Origin: Fimbriosthenelais zetlandica | Taxonomy: Eukaryota | Reading direction: 5' to 3' | Length of the DNA stretch: 64,000 bases | Assembly: GCA_977030845.1 (NCBI GenBank) | Contig: OZ365110.1 | Span: 52,452,001-52,516,000, forward strand | Shown: positions 62,401-64,000 of the stretch, in pieces | Layout of the letters: each line of letters starts with the position of its first letter | Position numbering within the stretch: the stretch's first letter is position 1 | Position numbers and translations under genes: made by a program | Notes under the pieces: model-generated | Told to the model about the DNA's origin: nothing | The model's database searches: none | The model's input: only the letters and a program-made list of their open reading frames with translations

Positions 62401-64000
62401 ATATTCTAAACTTTTCCAGAGAAACTAAAGAATATATAAAGTTGGGATAGATCTTCGCAAGTTAACTTTGGTACTTCACACAGCAAAGTGAACTTGGTGA
62501 CTACAATAACACCTGACATTTTCTTCATCCCCCCTCCAGTGTGCTCTCTATGACAAAAGATAATGAACACACCTTGTGTCAGGTGCAGCCTATTAGACAG
62601 GTGTTAGCCTTTTGTTCCTGCCACGTCTGACCACTAAATGGACCCAGATGACCACATGATACCATTGTCCCCACACACATTGACCACAAGACCTGATGAG
62701 TGGAGCAAAGCACATCACCACCCAGTTCTCCGGGGTTGTCATCGTGGGTTGTCCAAGCATGCACTGTGGGTACGTGACTAATATATTTTTCAAGTTGTAA
62801 GCATTGTCACGGTTGCCTGCCACTGATTGTTTGGTTAATTGTACTTCAGTGTAGCAGCAACAGCCAGGTTATAAATCACAGCAGGCCTGACAGTGAGAAA
62901 CTATCATGAATTGTGACATACTGCATGTAGTCTTCCTCACAATAGCTCGCCTTGGGGTCAATTCAGGTAGCGACCAATTAACAACGGACGCAAAGAAGAA
63001 AATTAATGTAGTTTCTATTTGAAACACAAGAAAACCCATGTAAAACATAATCAGATTATTGGAAACAAATTCGAATATGGATGAACATTTTGAAGGCCTG
63101 TCTGTCTAGATGACCATGTCCTGGACCTGGTATTTCACAGCAGAAAAAGCAATAATATACCTTCCTCGATTTAGGACGAAAGATCACGACACTAATCAAA
63201 CTTCAGCAGTTAATAAGAGACCCAAGCCCATTGACCTTAAACTATTAATGGTATAAGCTGGGAAAAGGCGCGGGAGTATGTGGTGGCATGGTGGTTCAGT
63301 TTTTCTGCTTCGTCAGCATTATCCTTCACCATGAGAAACCAGCAATCGTGAAGGCAGGGCATCATAACTCAGAGGCACAATGAACGATGCAACAATACCG
63401 CCGATAGAAAAAAACACACCTAACATTATTGAGGAAATAAGCAATGAATATGGCAGGCGGGCACGATTTATGAGACCAAGGAGGGGGCTGAGGGAAACCC
63501 CACTCAATCCCTGGTAGTGTCAGGGTGTCCCATAGACACGGATTGAGGGGAGCCAGCTCAGTATTGGAAGCCCGGCCATGATTTCATGAAAGCAGGGGAG
63601 CTTAGCTAGTAAATGGTGCTTCCTATGCAAATTATAACAAGTATTAGGTGCTGCTCATGACTGGCCCTTCTACTCCCTTACACCGAGGGTGTTGTTTATA
63701 TGCTGGGTAAATCATGGAATACTACAGATTTGTGAGAGTCAGTGGGAAGAGGCCAGAGGAAAGAGCAGGCAAAGGCACTAAACCATACATGTTTATAAGA
63801 ACCGGGAAAAGTCCATGGAAATCCCTACAATTCATAGAGGGATAGTTAGATAGATGAAATATTTGCTTTTGGTGATGTATGTGAATTGCCTTAGAATACC
63901 ATAAATGGCTGGAATAGTTGGAATATTGTAAAAAAAAAAACAAAAAAACACTGTGTATTGATGTACACAGGATTGAACAGATTCAGGCTAGCTCAATTAT

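Overview
Eukaryotic, AT-rich, intron-containing genomic DNA from an invertebrate, probably a lophotrochozoan such as a bivalve mollusc (inferred from gene content and repeat style, not proven). Three spliced genes were reconstructed by hand with phase-consistent GT-AG junctions. (1) A complete Ir25a-type ionotropic co-receptor on + (17 coding exons, 2788-13586, 907 aa). (2) The 3' part of a SAC2/INPP5F phosphoinositide phosphatase on - (11 exons, 24847 down to 18738), convergent with Ir25a; I could not find its N-terminal exons anywhere in the 39 kb upstream. (3) A complete alpha-carbonic anhydrase on + (8 exons, 29339-38830, 393 aa) with a signal peptide, a probable GPI signal and an unusual ~60-residue acidic/His insert. 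Introns carry SINE fragments with clean target-site duplications, several MITEs, a three-level nested insertion and duplications that copy splice sites. I found no exons in 38.8-64 kb. No CRISPR array, rRNA or functional tRNA was seen. Comparisons with human and Drosophila proteins are from memory, not from a search.
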